Below are positions 1 to 11,637 of a stretch of DNA of 64,000 bases, one piece after another. The translations under genes were made by a program, and so were the position numbers. A model generated the notes under the pieces. That model saw only the letters and a list, made by a program, of their open reading frames with translations. It did no database searches and was not told where the DNA came from. The DNA is from Eledone cirrhosa. Lineage: Eukaryota. How positions within the stretch are numbered: the first letter of the stretch is position 1; every line of letters begins with the position of its first letter. The stretch is taken from NCBI GenBank assembly GCA_964016885.1, contig OZ024740.1, positions 83,390,001 to 83,454,000 of the forward strand. Reading direction: 5' to 3'.

Positions 1-1070
1 TGACTATCTACAACATGTTCCACAAGAGGAGTGATGTCGATAGACTCTACCTAAGGAGATCTAAGGGTGGAAGAGGTCTTATCAGCATAGAGGACTGTGT
101 TCAGATGGAGAAAAACAACCTATACAAATACGTGACCTATAGTAAGGAGCCAATGCTCAGAACTGTACTGAAGGAGGGGACAGTAGGCCAGGGGATGTCC
201 AAGGAGGAAATAACATCAAGGAGGAAGAGCAGCCTTAAGGGAAAATCCCTTCATAGTACCTTCTTTGAGAAAACTGAATTTAGAGATCCACAGACATGGA
301 ACTGGTTGAGAAGAGGAGACCTCAAAAAGGCTACAGAAGGAATGCTAATGGCTGCGCAGGAGCAGGCCCTCAAAACGAAGTGGTTGAAGCACCATATCTA
401 CAAGGAGGAGGCTAGCCCACTGTGCAGGATCTGTGGAGAGAGAGAGGAGACTGTGGCTCACATTGTGTCCGAGTGTAAACACCTAGCCCAGACCCACTAT
501 AAGGGCTGGAGACACGATGTGATGGGCAGGGTGATCCAATGGCACCTGTGCAAAGTAAACAATCTACCACATTCTGACAAATGGTATGAGCATAGGCCAG
601 AGGCGGTGATGGAGAACAGTCAGGTGAAGGTGCTGTGGGATTTTAGGATACAGACGGACAAAAAACTGGAACACAATAGACCTGACCTGGTGGTTGTGGA
701 CAAAGAAAAAAGATCGTGCCTGATTGTGGATGTGGCCTGCCCGTTCGACACGAGAGTGCAAGAGAAGGAGAGGGAGAAAATTAACCGATACCAGGACCTA
801 AAGTGGGAGGTGAAAAGGATCTGGAACTGCCATGAAGTCAAAGTGATCCCGATTGTCATAGGCGCACTGGGGACTATCTCCAAAGGTTTCCAGGGATGGT
901 TAAAGAAAATCGGCCCCTTCACGCTTTTTGGAACGCTTCAAAAGGCATGCTTGCTTGGAACAGCAAGAACCCTCCGATACGTCCTGAATATCTGAGGCTG
1001 CAGGTAGTGGCTTGATATTCAATCCAACGGACTTTCCAGTTAACCAACATCAATGACTGAGATTCAAGGA
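1..1070 (+). mobile_element. R4/Dong-clade non-LTR retrotransposon, 3' part (copy 1), cut by the window edge
   Basis: ORF 15-995 has the CCHC knuckle CRICGEREETVAHIVSEC, the RHD motif and a PD-(D/E)xK-type RLE (RPDLVV...IVDV). A short 3' UTR runs into an (AAT)n tail. Confidence 0.9.
15..995 (+). CDS. C-terminal part (thumb, CCHC, restriction-like endonuclease) of an R4/Dong ORF; 5'-incomplete
   Basis: Uninterrupted 326-aa frame with RLY..R..GGRGL, CCHC, RHD and RPDL motifs. Confidence 0.8.
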   Translation: MFHKRSDVDRLYLRRSKGGRGLISIEDCVQMEKNNLYKYVTYSKEPMLRTVLKEGTVGQGMSKEEITSRRKSSLKGKSLHSTFFEKTEFRDPQTWNWLRRGDLKKATEGMLMAAQEQALKTKWLKHHIYKEEASPLCRICGEREETVAHIVSECKHLAQTHYKGWRHDVMGRVIQWHLCKVNNLPHSDKWYEHRPEAVMENSQVKVLWDFRIQTDKKLEHNRPDLVVVDKEKRSCLIVDVACPFDTRVQEKEREKINRYQDLKWEVKRIWNCHEVKVIPIVIGALGTISKGFQGWLKKIGPFTLFGTLQKACLLGTARTLRYVLNI

Positions 1071-1081
1071 ATAACAATAAC

Positions 1082-1112
<31 letters not shown>
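1070..1112. repeat. (AAT)n tail/target between Dong copies 1 and 2
   Basis: ataacaataacaataataat... seen directly. Confidence 0.95.
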
Positions 1113-1113
<1 letters not shown>

Positions 1114-2453
1114 GTGAGATGATAAAGGAAATTGACTCTGAGGAAGGATACAAGTATTTGGGCGTTCTGGAGGCTGATGGCATAAAGAACAAAAAAATGA
1201 AGGAATTGTTAAGAACTGAATACATTCGGAGAGTAAGGAGCGTATTGAAGTCACATCTGAACAGCAGAAATGCCATAAGCGCAGTAAATTCCCGAGCTGT
1301 GTCTATTATTAGGTACAGTGCGGGAATTCTGAGATGGTATGTTGCTGAACAAAAAGAAATGGATAGGAAGACTAGGAAGCTATTGACTATCTACAACATG
1401 TTCCACAAGAGGAGTGATGTCGATAGACTCTACCTAAGGAGATCTGAGGGTGGAAGAGGTCTTATCAGCATAGAGGTCTGTGTTCAGATGGAGAAAAAAA
1501 ACCTATACAAATACGTGACCTATAGTAAGGAGCCAATGCTCAGAACTGTACTGAAGGAGGGGACAGTAGGCCAGGGGATGTCCAAGGAGGAAATAACATC
1601 AAGGAGGAAGAGCAGCCTTAAGGGAAAATCCCTTCATAGTACCTTCTTTGAGAAAACTGAATTTAGAGATCCACAGACATGGTACTGGTTGAGAAGAGGA
1701 GACCTCAAAAAGGCTACAGAAGGAATGCTAATGGCTGCGCAGGAGCAGGCCCTCAAAACGAAGTGGTTGAAGCACCATATCTACAAGGAGGAGGCTAGCC
1801 CACTGTGCAGGATCTGTGGAGAGAGAGAGGAGACTGTGGCTCACATTGTGTCCGAGTGTAAACACCTAGCCCAGACCCACTATAATGGCTGGAGACACGA
1901 TGTGATGGGCAGGGTGATCCACTGGCACCTGGGCAAAGTAAACAATTTACCACATTCTGAGAAATGGTATGAGCATAGGCCAGAGGCGGTGATGGAGAAC
2001 AATCAGGTGAAGGTGCTGTGGGATTTTAGGATACAGACGGACAAAAAACTGGAACACAATAGACCTGACCTGGTGGTTGTGGACAAAGAAAAAAGATCGT
2101 GTCTGATTGTGGATGTGGCCTGCCCGTTCGACACGAGAGTGCAAGAGAAGGAGAGGGAGAAAATTAACCGATACCTGGACCTAAAGTGGGAGGTGAAAAG
2201 GATCTGGAACTGCCATGAAGTCAGAGTGATCCCGATTGTCATAGGCGCACTGGGGACTATCTCCAAAGGTTTCCAGGGATGGTTAAAGAAAATCGGCCCC
2301 TTCACGCTTTTTGGAACGCTTCAAAAGGCATGCTTGCTTGGAACAGCAAGAACCCTCCGATACGTCCTGAATATCTGAGGCTGCAGGTAGTGGCTTGATA
2401 TTCAATCCAACGGACTTTCCAGTTAACCAACATCAATGACTGAGATTCAAGGA
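1113..2453 (+). mobile_element. R4/Dong-clade element copy 2, 5'-truncated, near-identical to copy 1
   Basis: Starts at EMIKEID (matches 4231 of copy 3). Contains YKYLG, CCHC and RLE. Stop at 2378, same 3' UTR, and (AAT)n at 2453-2478. Confidence 0.9.
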
Positions 2454-2477
2454 ATAACAACAATAATAATAATAATA

Positions 2478-5400
2478 GTATTGAGATGGAGAGTGGAGTA
2501 TGTCAGGCAAACGAGCCAGTGGGAAATGAAGGTGAAGAGGTCGAGAGAACGGAAGAACCACCCGAAGCAGACAATGATCTGAATGCTGAGATAAATAATA
2601 CCTGGAACAGAGATACGGCCACTGAGGAGGTGAATGCTGATGGGCGAGGACAAGATTTGGTTGATATCCTAAACTTAGTGGTAGATGAATTGAACAATGA
2701 TAGTGGGAGACCTATGAACCTAAGAGTTGTAGACAGGAAAAAGTTAAAAGAAACAACAGCTAAGGTAAACAAAGTCATCCCATAACTTGAAGCGAGGAGC
2801 CTTCACCTGTGCAACAATATCCTCAAAGCAACAGCAAATACGGTGAGGAAACTACTTGGTATAAAAGCAAAAGGAAACAACAGACAAGAAAGAGCAGAGC
2901 CTTTGTGGAAGAAACGACTGAGTGGTCAAATCAGGGAAATAAGAAATGACATTGTAAACCTTGAGTCCCTACTGAATGGGACACTAAAAAAAACCACTAA
3001 AAATAGATCGGAAATAAAGTACAAAACTAGGAGGAAAAAGCTAAATATTATCATAGAGGAACTGAAGCAACGCATTGTAGCAAAGAGTGCAAAATTCAGG
3101 CGATACGAGAACAGAGTCAGCCAGTATAGACAGAACCGCATGTTCGACAACAACCAGAAGATGCTGTTTGGACAGCTTGAAGGGAAAGAAAGGGGCAACG
3201 ACTTGATCCCTGAGGCGGAACAAACTAAATCATTCTGGAGAGGAATATGGGGGCAGGATGTTAAACATAATGACCAGGCAGTGTGGATTGAGACAGTACA
3301 GAAGGAGATTAGAGAACAAGCGCACCAACAAACTGATTTGAGTATCACAGTTGAAACTCTTAAGGGGCAGGCCAAAACACTAACCAACTGGAAATCACCA
3401 GTCCCAGAGGGTGTGCAGGGGTATTGGATAAAAAATATAACATCCCTCCACCCGAAACTGACAACCATGTTCAATGACTGCTTGATGTCAGGTGAGGTAC
3501 CAGAGTGGTTGACAAAAGGTACCACAGTTCTGATAATGAAAGACCGAATCAAGAGTAATGATGTTACCAACTATAGACCTATCACATGTCTGTCCGTAAT
3601 GTGGAAACTGTTGACAGGCATCATGTCTGAGGAAATCTACCATCACCTCCACACAAACAGCTTGATACCGGACGAACAGAAAGGATGCCGAAAGAAGTCA
3701 CGTGGTACAAAGGACCAGTTACTTATTGATAAGATGGTAATGAGGAATTGCAAGAGGAGACACACTGGTCTTGCCATGGGATGGATAGACTACAAAAAGG
3801 CATTTGACATGGTGCCTCATTCTTGGATCACCAAAAGCCTGGAGATCTTCAGGGTGGCAGATAACATCAGACAGCTGTTGGGCAAAAGTATGAAGTCCTG
3901 GGAAACGGAGTTAAAATCAACTGGAGTATCCTTGGTAAGCGTGAAGATCAAGAGAGGTATCTTCCAGGGAGATAGTCTGTCCCTTCTGTTGTTTGTCCTT
4001 GCCCTGATGCCCCTGACCACTGTACTGCGAAAAGTGAGAGCAGGATACAGGTTGGGAAAGGGACGATCTTAAGCTCTTCGCGAAGAATGAGAAAGAGTTG
4101 GATGTGCTTGTTGACACTGTCCGTATTTTCACCAATGATATATGTATGCAATTTGGTATTAGTAAGTGTGGAGTCCTTGTGATGAAGAGGGGGCAAATTG
4201 AGCAGAAACAACGGAATACAGTTACCAACAGGTGAGATGATAAAGGAAATTGACACCGAAGAAGGATACAAGTATGTGGGTGTTCTGGAGGCTGATGACA
4301 TCAAGAACAAACAAATGAAGGAATTGGTAAGATCTGAATTCCTTCTGAGTGTAAGGAGCGTATTAAAGTCACATCTGAACAGTAGGAATGCCATAAGTGC
4401 AGTAAATTCCCGAGCTGTGTCTATTATTAGGTACAGTGCGGGAATTCTGAGATGGAATGTTGCTGAACAAAAAGAAATGGATAGGAAGACTTGGAAGCTA
4501 TTGACTATCTACAACATGTTCCACAAGAGGAGTGATGTCGATAGACTCTACTTAAGGAGATCTGACGGTGGAAGAGGTCTTATCAGCATAGAGGACTGTG
4601 TTCAGATGGAGAAAAACAACCTACACAAATACGTGACCGATAGTAAGGAGCCAATGCTCAGAATTGTACTGAAGGGGAGAACAATAGACCAGGGGATGTC
4701 CAAGGAGGAAATAACGACGAGGAGAAAGAGTAACCTGCATGAAAAATCCCTTCATAGTACCTTCTTTGAGAAAACAGAATTCAGAGATCCACAGACATGG
4801 AACTGGTAAAGAAGAGGAGACCTTACAAAGGCTACAGAAGGAATGCTAATTGCTGCACAAGAGCAGGCCCTCAAAACGAAGTGGCTGAAACACAATATTT
4901 ACTAGGAGGAGGCTAAACCACTGTGCAGGATCTGTGGAGAGAGAGAGCAGACTGTGGCTCACATTGTATCCGAGTTTAAACACCTAGCCCAGACTCACTA
5001 TAAAGGCTGCAGGCATGATGTGATGGGCAGGGTGATCAACTGGTACCTATGCAAAGTAAACAATTTACCACATTCTTCGAAGTGGTATGAGCATAAGCCA
5101 AAGTCGGTGATAGAAAACGATCAGGTGAAGGTGATTTTAGGATATGGACGGTTTAGGAAATTGGATTTTAGGAAACTGGAACACAATAGACCTGACTTGG
5201 TGGTTTTAGACAAGGAAAAAAGATCGTGCCTGATTGTGGATGTGGCCTGCCCATTCGACACGAGAGGGCAAGAGAAGGAGACGAAGAAAATTAACTGATG
5301 CCAGGACTGAAAGTGGGAGGTAAAAAGGATTTGGAACTGCCATGAAGTCAAAGTGGTCCCGATTGTCATAGTCGCACTACGTACTATCTCAAAAAGTTTC

Positions 5401-5583
5401 CAGGGATGGTTAAAGAAAATTGGCCTCGCCCCGCTTTTTGGAACACTTCAAAAGGCATGATTGCTGGGAACAGCAAGAACCTCTCCGATACGTCCTGAAT
5501 ATCTGAGGCTGCAAGTAGCGGCTTGATATTCATTTCAACAAACTTTCCAGTTAACTAGCATCAATGACTGAGACTCAAAGAAA
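2478..5583 (+). mobile_element. R4/Dong-clade element copy 3, longest and most decayed (RT + RLE)
   Basis: RT motifs NYRPITCL, EQKGC, WIDYKKAFDMVPH, RGIFQGDSLS and DDLKLFAK. Multiple stops and frameshifts. Same 3' UTR, ending in a long (AAT)n. Confidence 0.92.
2486..5506 (+). pseudogene. Disrupted RT-RLE ORF of Dong copy 3
   Basis: Fragments 2486-2785, 2843-4072, 4198-4809 and 4954-5298 are collinear. A small deletion near 4060 removes the residues just before the catalytic DD. Confidence 0.88.
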
Positions 5584-5663
<80 letters not shown>

Positions 5664-5670
5664 TAATAAT
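5584..5670. repeat. (AAT)n microsatellite
   Basis: Seen directly. Confidence 0.97.
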
Positions 5671-5795
5671 GTTTTCTTTATTAACTACAAGGGTTCACAT
5701 AAAGTAGACATTAAGGACAGTGCAGGACAATACAGGACGGTACAAATGGGCATTTCTGCGTGTAAAAAAACAAAATAAAACAGAGGGTGTAACAA
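5671..5795 (-). mobile_element. Very short 3'-UTR fragment of a Tx1-like family, flanked by (AAT)n
   Basis: ttctttattaactacaaggg...caggacggtac...gcgtgtaaa resembles the 3' ends at 5832 and 9102. (AAT)n on both sides. Confidence 0.7.
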
Positions 5796-5827
<32 letters not shown>

Positions 5828-6082
5828 GGATTTCTTTATTGGCCACAAGGGCTGACATCAAGAAAAACATCACAGACGGAACAGGACGGTACGATGTGGG
5901 TTTTGTGCGTGTAAATATTTTTATTATTTATATAAGAAAAGAAAAATGACATAAAACATATATATATATATATATATAAACAATAAAATGAAAATTGACA
6001 CAATGAAAAATCCCCCAATAGGGGAGAAACCTCCGAGGGTTACTCGTGGCGAAAACCACACAAAAGACCACGGCCACCCTGA

Positions 6083-6789
6083 CTACCAGAGCAAGCGCCC
6101 TCTCTCCACCCTGATTTTCCTCTTCAAGTGAAACTTGAAAAAGTTAATCAGGGATTCGCCGAAGAGGAAAGTGTTTGTCTTTAATCCTTTTAACCTTGTC
6201 CACCACACAATCTCTTTCGCTATGGGCAGCAGGCAGATGAAAACAGCCTGCCCTTCCTCCTCAAAGGAAGACGGCGAGACCATCTGCACAATGGACTCAG
6301 TCGACAACCGGATCAGTCCCACACGTGACAGCAACTGTTCGACATAGCTCCACAAGTCACCAATGCTCGGACACTGGACGAGTGCGTGCACAACGGTTTC
6401 GTCGCTATGCGCGCATCTCGGACAGGCTCGGCTGACGGCACTTCCGTGCCTGTAGAACTTATCTCGAACCGGCAGCGCTTCCCTTCGCTGCCGGTCACGT
6501 CCAGCACCACCGACTTACCTTCTGGGTCCAGGAAGATGGCCCGTATCGCGAGATCCAAGCCTCTCCGAAAAAGGATGGCAACCCCTCCCCCCGATCCTGG
6601 ACGACTGGGAGATGCGTATACATCGTAGACGCCGAAGATCGGTGCGAAGGCCCGTGCCTCGGAGATTCTGGTTTCATTGATGGCCACCACATCTCTGTTT
6701 ACTGACCTGAGGTCATTGAGCAGGTGACCCTGCTTCCAAGATGACCCCAGGCCACGTGCATTTATACTGCCTATTCTAAGTACAGCCAT
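6083..6789 (-). pseudogene. Tx1-A ORF2 remnant: APE N-terminus fused to the C-terminal CCHC region; RT deleted
   Basis: INARGL...INET...GGGVAIL...VLDVTGSEG joins ALPVRDKFYRH...CPRC...ETVVHALVQC at about 6478. Confidence 0.85.
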
Positions 6790-6823
6790 GTTGGATGAGA
6801 AACGGGGCAAATGAGAAAGGGTC

Positions 6824-8848
6824 ACTTACCTTGTTCGTGTGGTAAAGGGACAGTAGAACCGTCCCTTTCGCTGGTCATGGGTGTTTCCAAGAGGATGTCA
6901 GTGTATATCCTTTTGGTAACCGCCCCTCTGAAGTCTCCAACTGCGTTGGGGAATTTTTGTTTTAAAGGTTTGTATTGAGATTTCGATGATGCTTATGTTT
7001 GCCGGGAGAGTTCATGGTGTTGGTGGGGTGTAGTAGTTTTTTTCGTGATGTTTCTGTGCTGCTTTATATATTTTATGAGTTCTTTTTTTGCTATGTTTAT
7101 GGCTGTGTACTTTTTTGGGGAAGGGTGATTTTGTTGCCGTTTTCTTCTTGTTGCTGTTTGGTGTGTGTGTCTTGTTGTGTTTGCGTTGTTGGTGTTTGTG
7201 GTAGTGTTGCTGCAAGTTTCCTTGCTGCCTTTACCCCCTCTTTGTATGCCTTCGCTTTTGGAGGGTGAATCTAAGGGGTTTTTTTCTTTTTTCTTTTTTG
7301 TGGCAGACTGTTTGCCACGTCACTCCCGCCTCAAATTCCATGTCGGATTCTCTGGCGTATGGGAGGGGTATGTGCTCCACGGCTGTTGGTGGTGGTAGTG
7401 GAGCCCTCTTTGGCAATGTTGTTGCCGGTGTAGCTATTTCAAATGTAGCTATTGGTGTTGCCGCTACTGATGATGCTGCTTTAATTATCCGTGGCCTTGG
7501 TACGGGTGCTACGGACGTTGCCCTCCTACTCACCGTGGAAGGGGCTTCTTCGTTTGTTGCCTGTCCTGCTCTTCGTAGCAGCGGAGCAGGTATTGGAAGG
7601 AGAGTGGCCCTCTTCGGTGTCTTCTGCGGGAAAAAGGCCCTGAGGTGACCTTTCGACCCACAGAGATAACATTTTGACCGTCTTCCTTCTACACTTATAG
7701 GGAGTTGGAGTCCTTCCTCAAAGTCTATGATATCGGGGATAGCCTCGATACATTCCTGGTCGGTTTGTATAAGCATTTGCATGCCTATACCTGACCAGTT
7801 CTCTCTCCCTATTTGTTCTACTTGCAGCATGGTCGCCCTGTTCTCAATTCCAGCAAGGACAGACGCGGCCAGCCAAGGTATGGGCACGTCGGGTGGGACC
7901 TGGGTCACTTTGACACTCACAAATTTCTGCCCGCAGTAGGAGGGCGCCAAGACTAACTCCTCACTCTTTAGGGTTTCCAAAGAGTGAGACTTTGCTTCCT
8001 GAGAGGTGGCGAAAAGTACGTCTACTGTCGCGTACTTTCTGCCTCGGGTGATGTGGGTTTTGCGTGCCCAGACGTACCCCAAGGCCTTTTGGATTTGAGC
8101 CTCCGTGGCTCTCTCCACTCGATGTGAGATTGTGCGGTAAGTCACCGTTCGTAGCTGCTGGTCCTTGAAAAAATCATATGGAGGTTTCAGGGAAACTCTA
8201 TTTGCGCTTCTTGTCACCATGGCCCTTGCGACTGCCATCTCCTCCACTGTGACTAACAGTCTCGATATTTCGGGCGACACCTGCAAAAGAAGTGGTCCCG
8301 TTTTCAGCAGCACCACTATTGCTACCGCTACTGGTCTTACTGGTGGTGCTGAGGTCGCTATTACAGGTATCGGTGTCATTGTTGTTCTTTTCGCTGGTAC
8401 AGTTGTTGGTGTTGTTTTCGTTGATACTGTTGTTGCTGTTACTGTTATTGCGGCTGTTGTTATTATTGTTGTTTTTGTTGATACTGTTCCTACTATTATT
8501 GTTGTTGTGGCTGTTGTTATTGTCATTGTTATTGTCGTTCTCGACCTTACCGCTGTTATTTTTGTTATTGTCGTTCTCGACCTTACCGCTGTTATTTTTG
8601 TTATTGTCGTTCTCGACTTTACCGCTGTTATTTTTGGTGTTGTTGTTGGTGATGTTGTTGGTGTTATTGTTGGTGTTGCTTGTGTTAGAAATATTTGGTA
8701 ATTTTAAATCTGTAACAATCTTTTTTTCCTTTGTAATATTTTCGTTTATATTTACCTCCGCTGGATCTCTGTCTTGTTGACATGCTGATAAAGTATCCCT
8801 CTCTCTGTGTTGTCTGACAGCGCTCTCTCTCTTTTTTGTGTTATCCAT
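6824..8848 (-). pseudogene. Tx1-A ORF1 (Asn/Thr-rich N-terminus, zinc knuckle), frameshifted
   Basis: ORFs 8198-8863 and 7231-8526. EGRRSKCYLCGSKGHL matches the knuckles of Tx1-B and Tx1-C. The 3' end is approximate. Confidence 0.7.
8526..8636. repeat. Three 36-bp tandem repeats in Tx1-A ORF1 (NNKNNSGKVEND)
   Basis: ttgttattgtcgttctcgaccttaccgctgttattt repeated three times. Confidence 0.9.
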
Positions 8849-9100
8849 GTTAAAATTTTTCAAAAAGTATTTTTACACAAATACGAATACGACTCCCCGT
8901 AAAGGGGTGCCGTATTATTTACTAGTGAACTCTTGTATTAGGTGGGTCACTTCTTCTAAACTTTTATCAAATTTAAAACTTGAATAAAAGGTTTAGAACG
9001 GTTGAAAAAGCGGTAAAACGTTGAAAAAGACAAGAGGCGATAAGAAGCGTGGCTTCACCAACCAATAATAATAATAATAATAATAATAATAATTATTATT

Positions 9101-9387
9101 ATTTCTTTATTGGCCACAAGGGTTGGCATGAAGAAAAACATTACAGACGACACTGGACGTTAGAGGACGGTACGATGTGGGTTTTGTGCGTGTAAAGATT
9201 TTTATTATTTATATAAGAAAAGAAAAGGAAAAGACAGAAACATATATATATATATAAACAATAAAAATGAAAATTGAAACAATTTAAAGATTCCCAAATA
9301 GGGGAGAGGGGCCCTCCGAGGGTTAGTAGTGGCGAAAACCACACAAAAGGCCACGGTCACCCTGCCCACAAGGGCAAGCGCCCACTC
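9101..9387 (-). mobile_element. 5'-truncated Tx1-A 3' end
   Basis: Aligns by eye to 5831-6106, next to the (AAT)n/(ATT)n at 9064-9102. Confidence 0.85.
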
Positions 9388-9477
9388 TCAATGTTTCCAT
9401 TTCTCAGACTACAGGCGTATATTCAGAGCGTATATTCACTCGGACTGTTCTCGCTACATTCTCGCTACAATCTGCTA

Positions 9478-10063
9478 CAGACTCACTATAAAGGCTGGAG
9501 ACATGATCTGATAGGCAGGGTGTTCCACTGGTATCCATGCAAACTAAACTATTTACCACATTCTGAGAAGTGGTATGAGCATAAGCCAGAGTCGGTGATA
9601 GAAAACCATCAAGTGAAGGTGCCATGGGATTTTAGGATACAGACGATCAAGAAATTAGAACGCAATAGGCCTGACCTGGTGGTTTTGGACAAGGAAAAAC
9701 GATCGTGCCTGATTGTAGATATAGCCTGCCCATTTGACACGAGAGTGCAAGAAAAGGAGAGGGAGAAAATTAACCGATACCAGGATTTAAAGAGTAGGAG
9801 TTTAAAAGGATTTGGAACTGCCATGAAGTCAGAGTCGTCCCGATTGTCATAAGCGCACTAGGTACTATCTCAAAGATTTTCCAAGGATGGTTAAAGAAGA
9901 TTAGTCCAGCCCCGATTTTTGGAACACTTCAAAAGGCATGCTTGCTGGGAACAGCAAGAACCCTCCGATACGTCCTGAATGTCTGAGGCTGCAGCTAGTG
10001 GCTTGATATTCATTTCAACAAACCTTCCAGTTAAGTAACATCAATGACTGAGACTCAAAGAAC
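9478..10063 (+). mobile_element. R4/Dong copy 4, 3' fragment
   Basis: QTHYKGWRHD...RPDLVV, the same 3' UTR as copies 1-3, and a short (AAT) tail. Confidence 0.88.
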
Positions 10064-10084
10064 AATCATAATAATAATATTACA

Positions 10085-10918
10085 AATAAAAAGGGGAAGG
10101 AAAATTAATTTTCACATACATGTTCATTCAGAGAAGAGAGTTCATTTCTCTGTCCATCCTTCTCGGCTAATAGCTTGGTTGTGACTGGTAGTAGTTGAGG
10201 GAGAAGGAGGAGGATAAGGTAGAAGGGGGAGGAAAGGGTAGAAGGAGGGAAGAGGAGAAGAAGAATAGTTGTGGTGGCGGAGTGCTGTGAGAGACACTTT
10301 GAGGAGTGGATACAAGTCTAGCTGGGATTGGTTTGAAAGGCCGGGTGATCTTAGAGTTGACCGTGTTGATTGTTTCTAAAAATATCTATCTCGGTATTTC
10401 TTCTTCGAAGGAATAATCAACATTGACCTTGTTTTTTTTGCCACAAAGAAAATTAAGAGATATTGAGATAATAATTCCATCCCTAACAGAAATTTCAGAT
10501 TTAGTGGAATGGAGAGAATTTTTTGCCACACAAAGGGGTTCAGAGCCATTGGAATGCCCATTCTATCTTCAGTAGAAACTTCCAGATTCAGGGGAATGTA
10601 AAACATTTAGTTTGACACATGAATGCTTCCATTTATCCGATTATCTTCGTGGAAGTCCTCCATGACTAGCTAATTTGTGTGTTTCTATGTGGTTGCTTGG
10701 TCTGCATTATATAGTTGTCAAGGTTGCTAGAATACTAGAGAAGGATACATTGCTAAAGGTTTAATTTGTCTAGGCTGTTAATTTCAAAGTGTGCCTGCAG
10801 TAGTTTAGTCCGAAGTGGAGGCATTTAGAAGAAGTTCGTATTTGGTGATAAATTGTGATTCTTTGTTAATGCGGTGAATGTAGGAAGCGTTGTTTTTAAA
10901 TTTGTAGATGGGAAATAT
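10085..10918 (-). mobile_element. 5'-truncated Penelope-like (Neptune-type) element: end of the GIY-YIG ORF plus 3' region
   Basis: Minus strand at 10820-10918 reads IFPIYKFKNNASYIHRINKESQFITKYELLLN, similar to the C-terminus of ORF 52184-54031. Abuts (CA)n(TA)n. The left boundary is approximate. Confidence 0.6.

Positions 10919-11637
<719 letters not shown>

Larger units (their letters stand above)
5828..9063 (-). mobile_element. Tx1-clade LINE family A: both ends present, ORF2 internally deleted, inserted in (AAT)n
   Basis: 5' UTR, Asn-rich + zinc-knuckle ORF1, ORF2 start (MAVLRIGSINARGL, APE), ORF2 C-terminus homologous to the elements at 20-31 kb, and AATAAA then (TTA)n on the minus strand. 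Confidence 0.85.

Noticed and set aside
1053-1112. Poly-Ile N-terminus of the 441-aa ORF, resembling a signal or transmembrane segment
   Set aside because: Chance in-frame read-through from an ATG in copy 1's 3' UTR across the (ATA)n tract.
8165-8780. Leu/Val-rich membrane-like ORFs on + (also 25098-25679 and 30984-31460)
   Set aside because: Antisense shadows of the (AAC)-rich Tx1 ORF1 regions.
10095-10140. Hammerhead-like CUGAAUGA-ACAU..AUGU-GAAA on the minus strand (similar CUGACUGA near 61660-61710)
   Set aside because: Extra core nucleotide and no convincing stems I and III.
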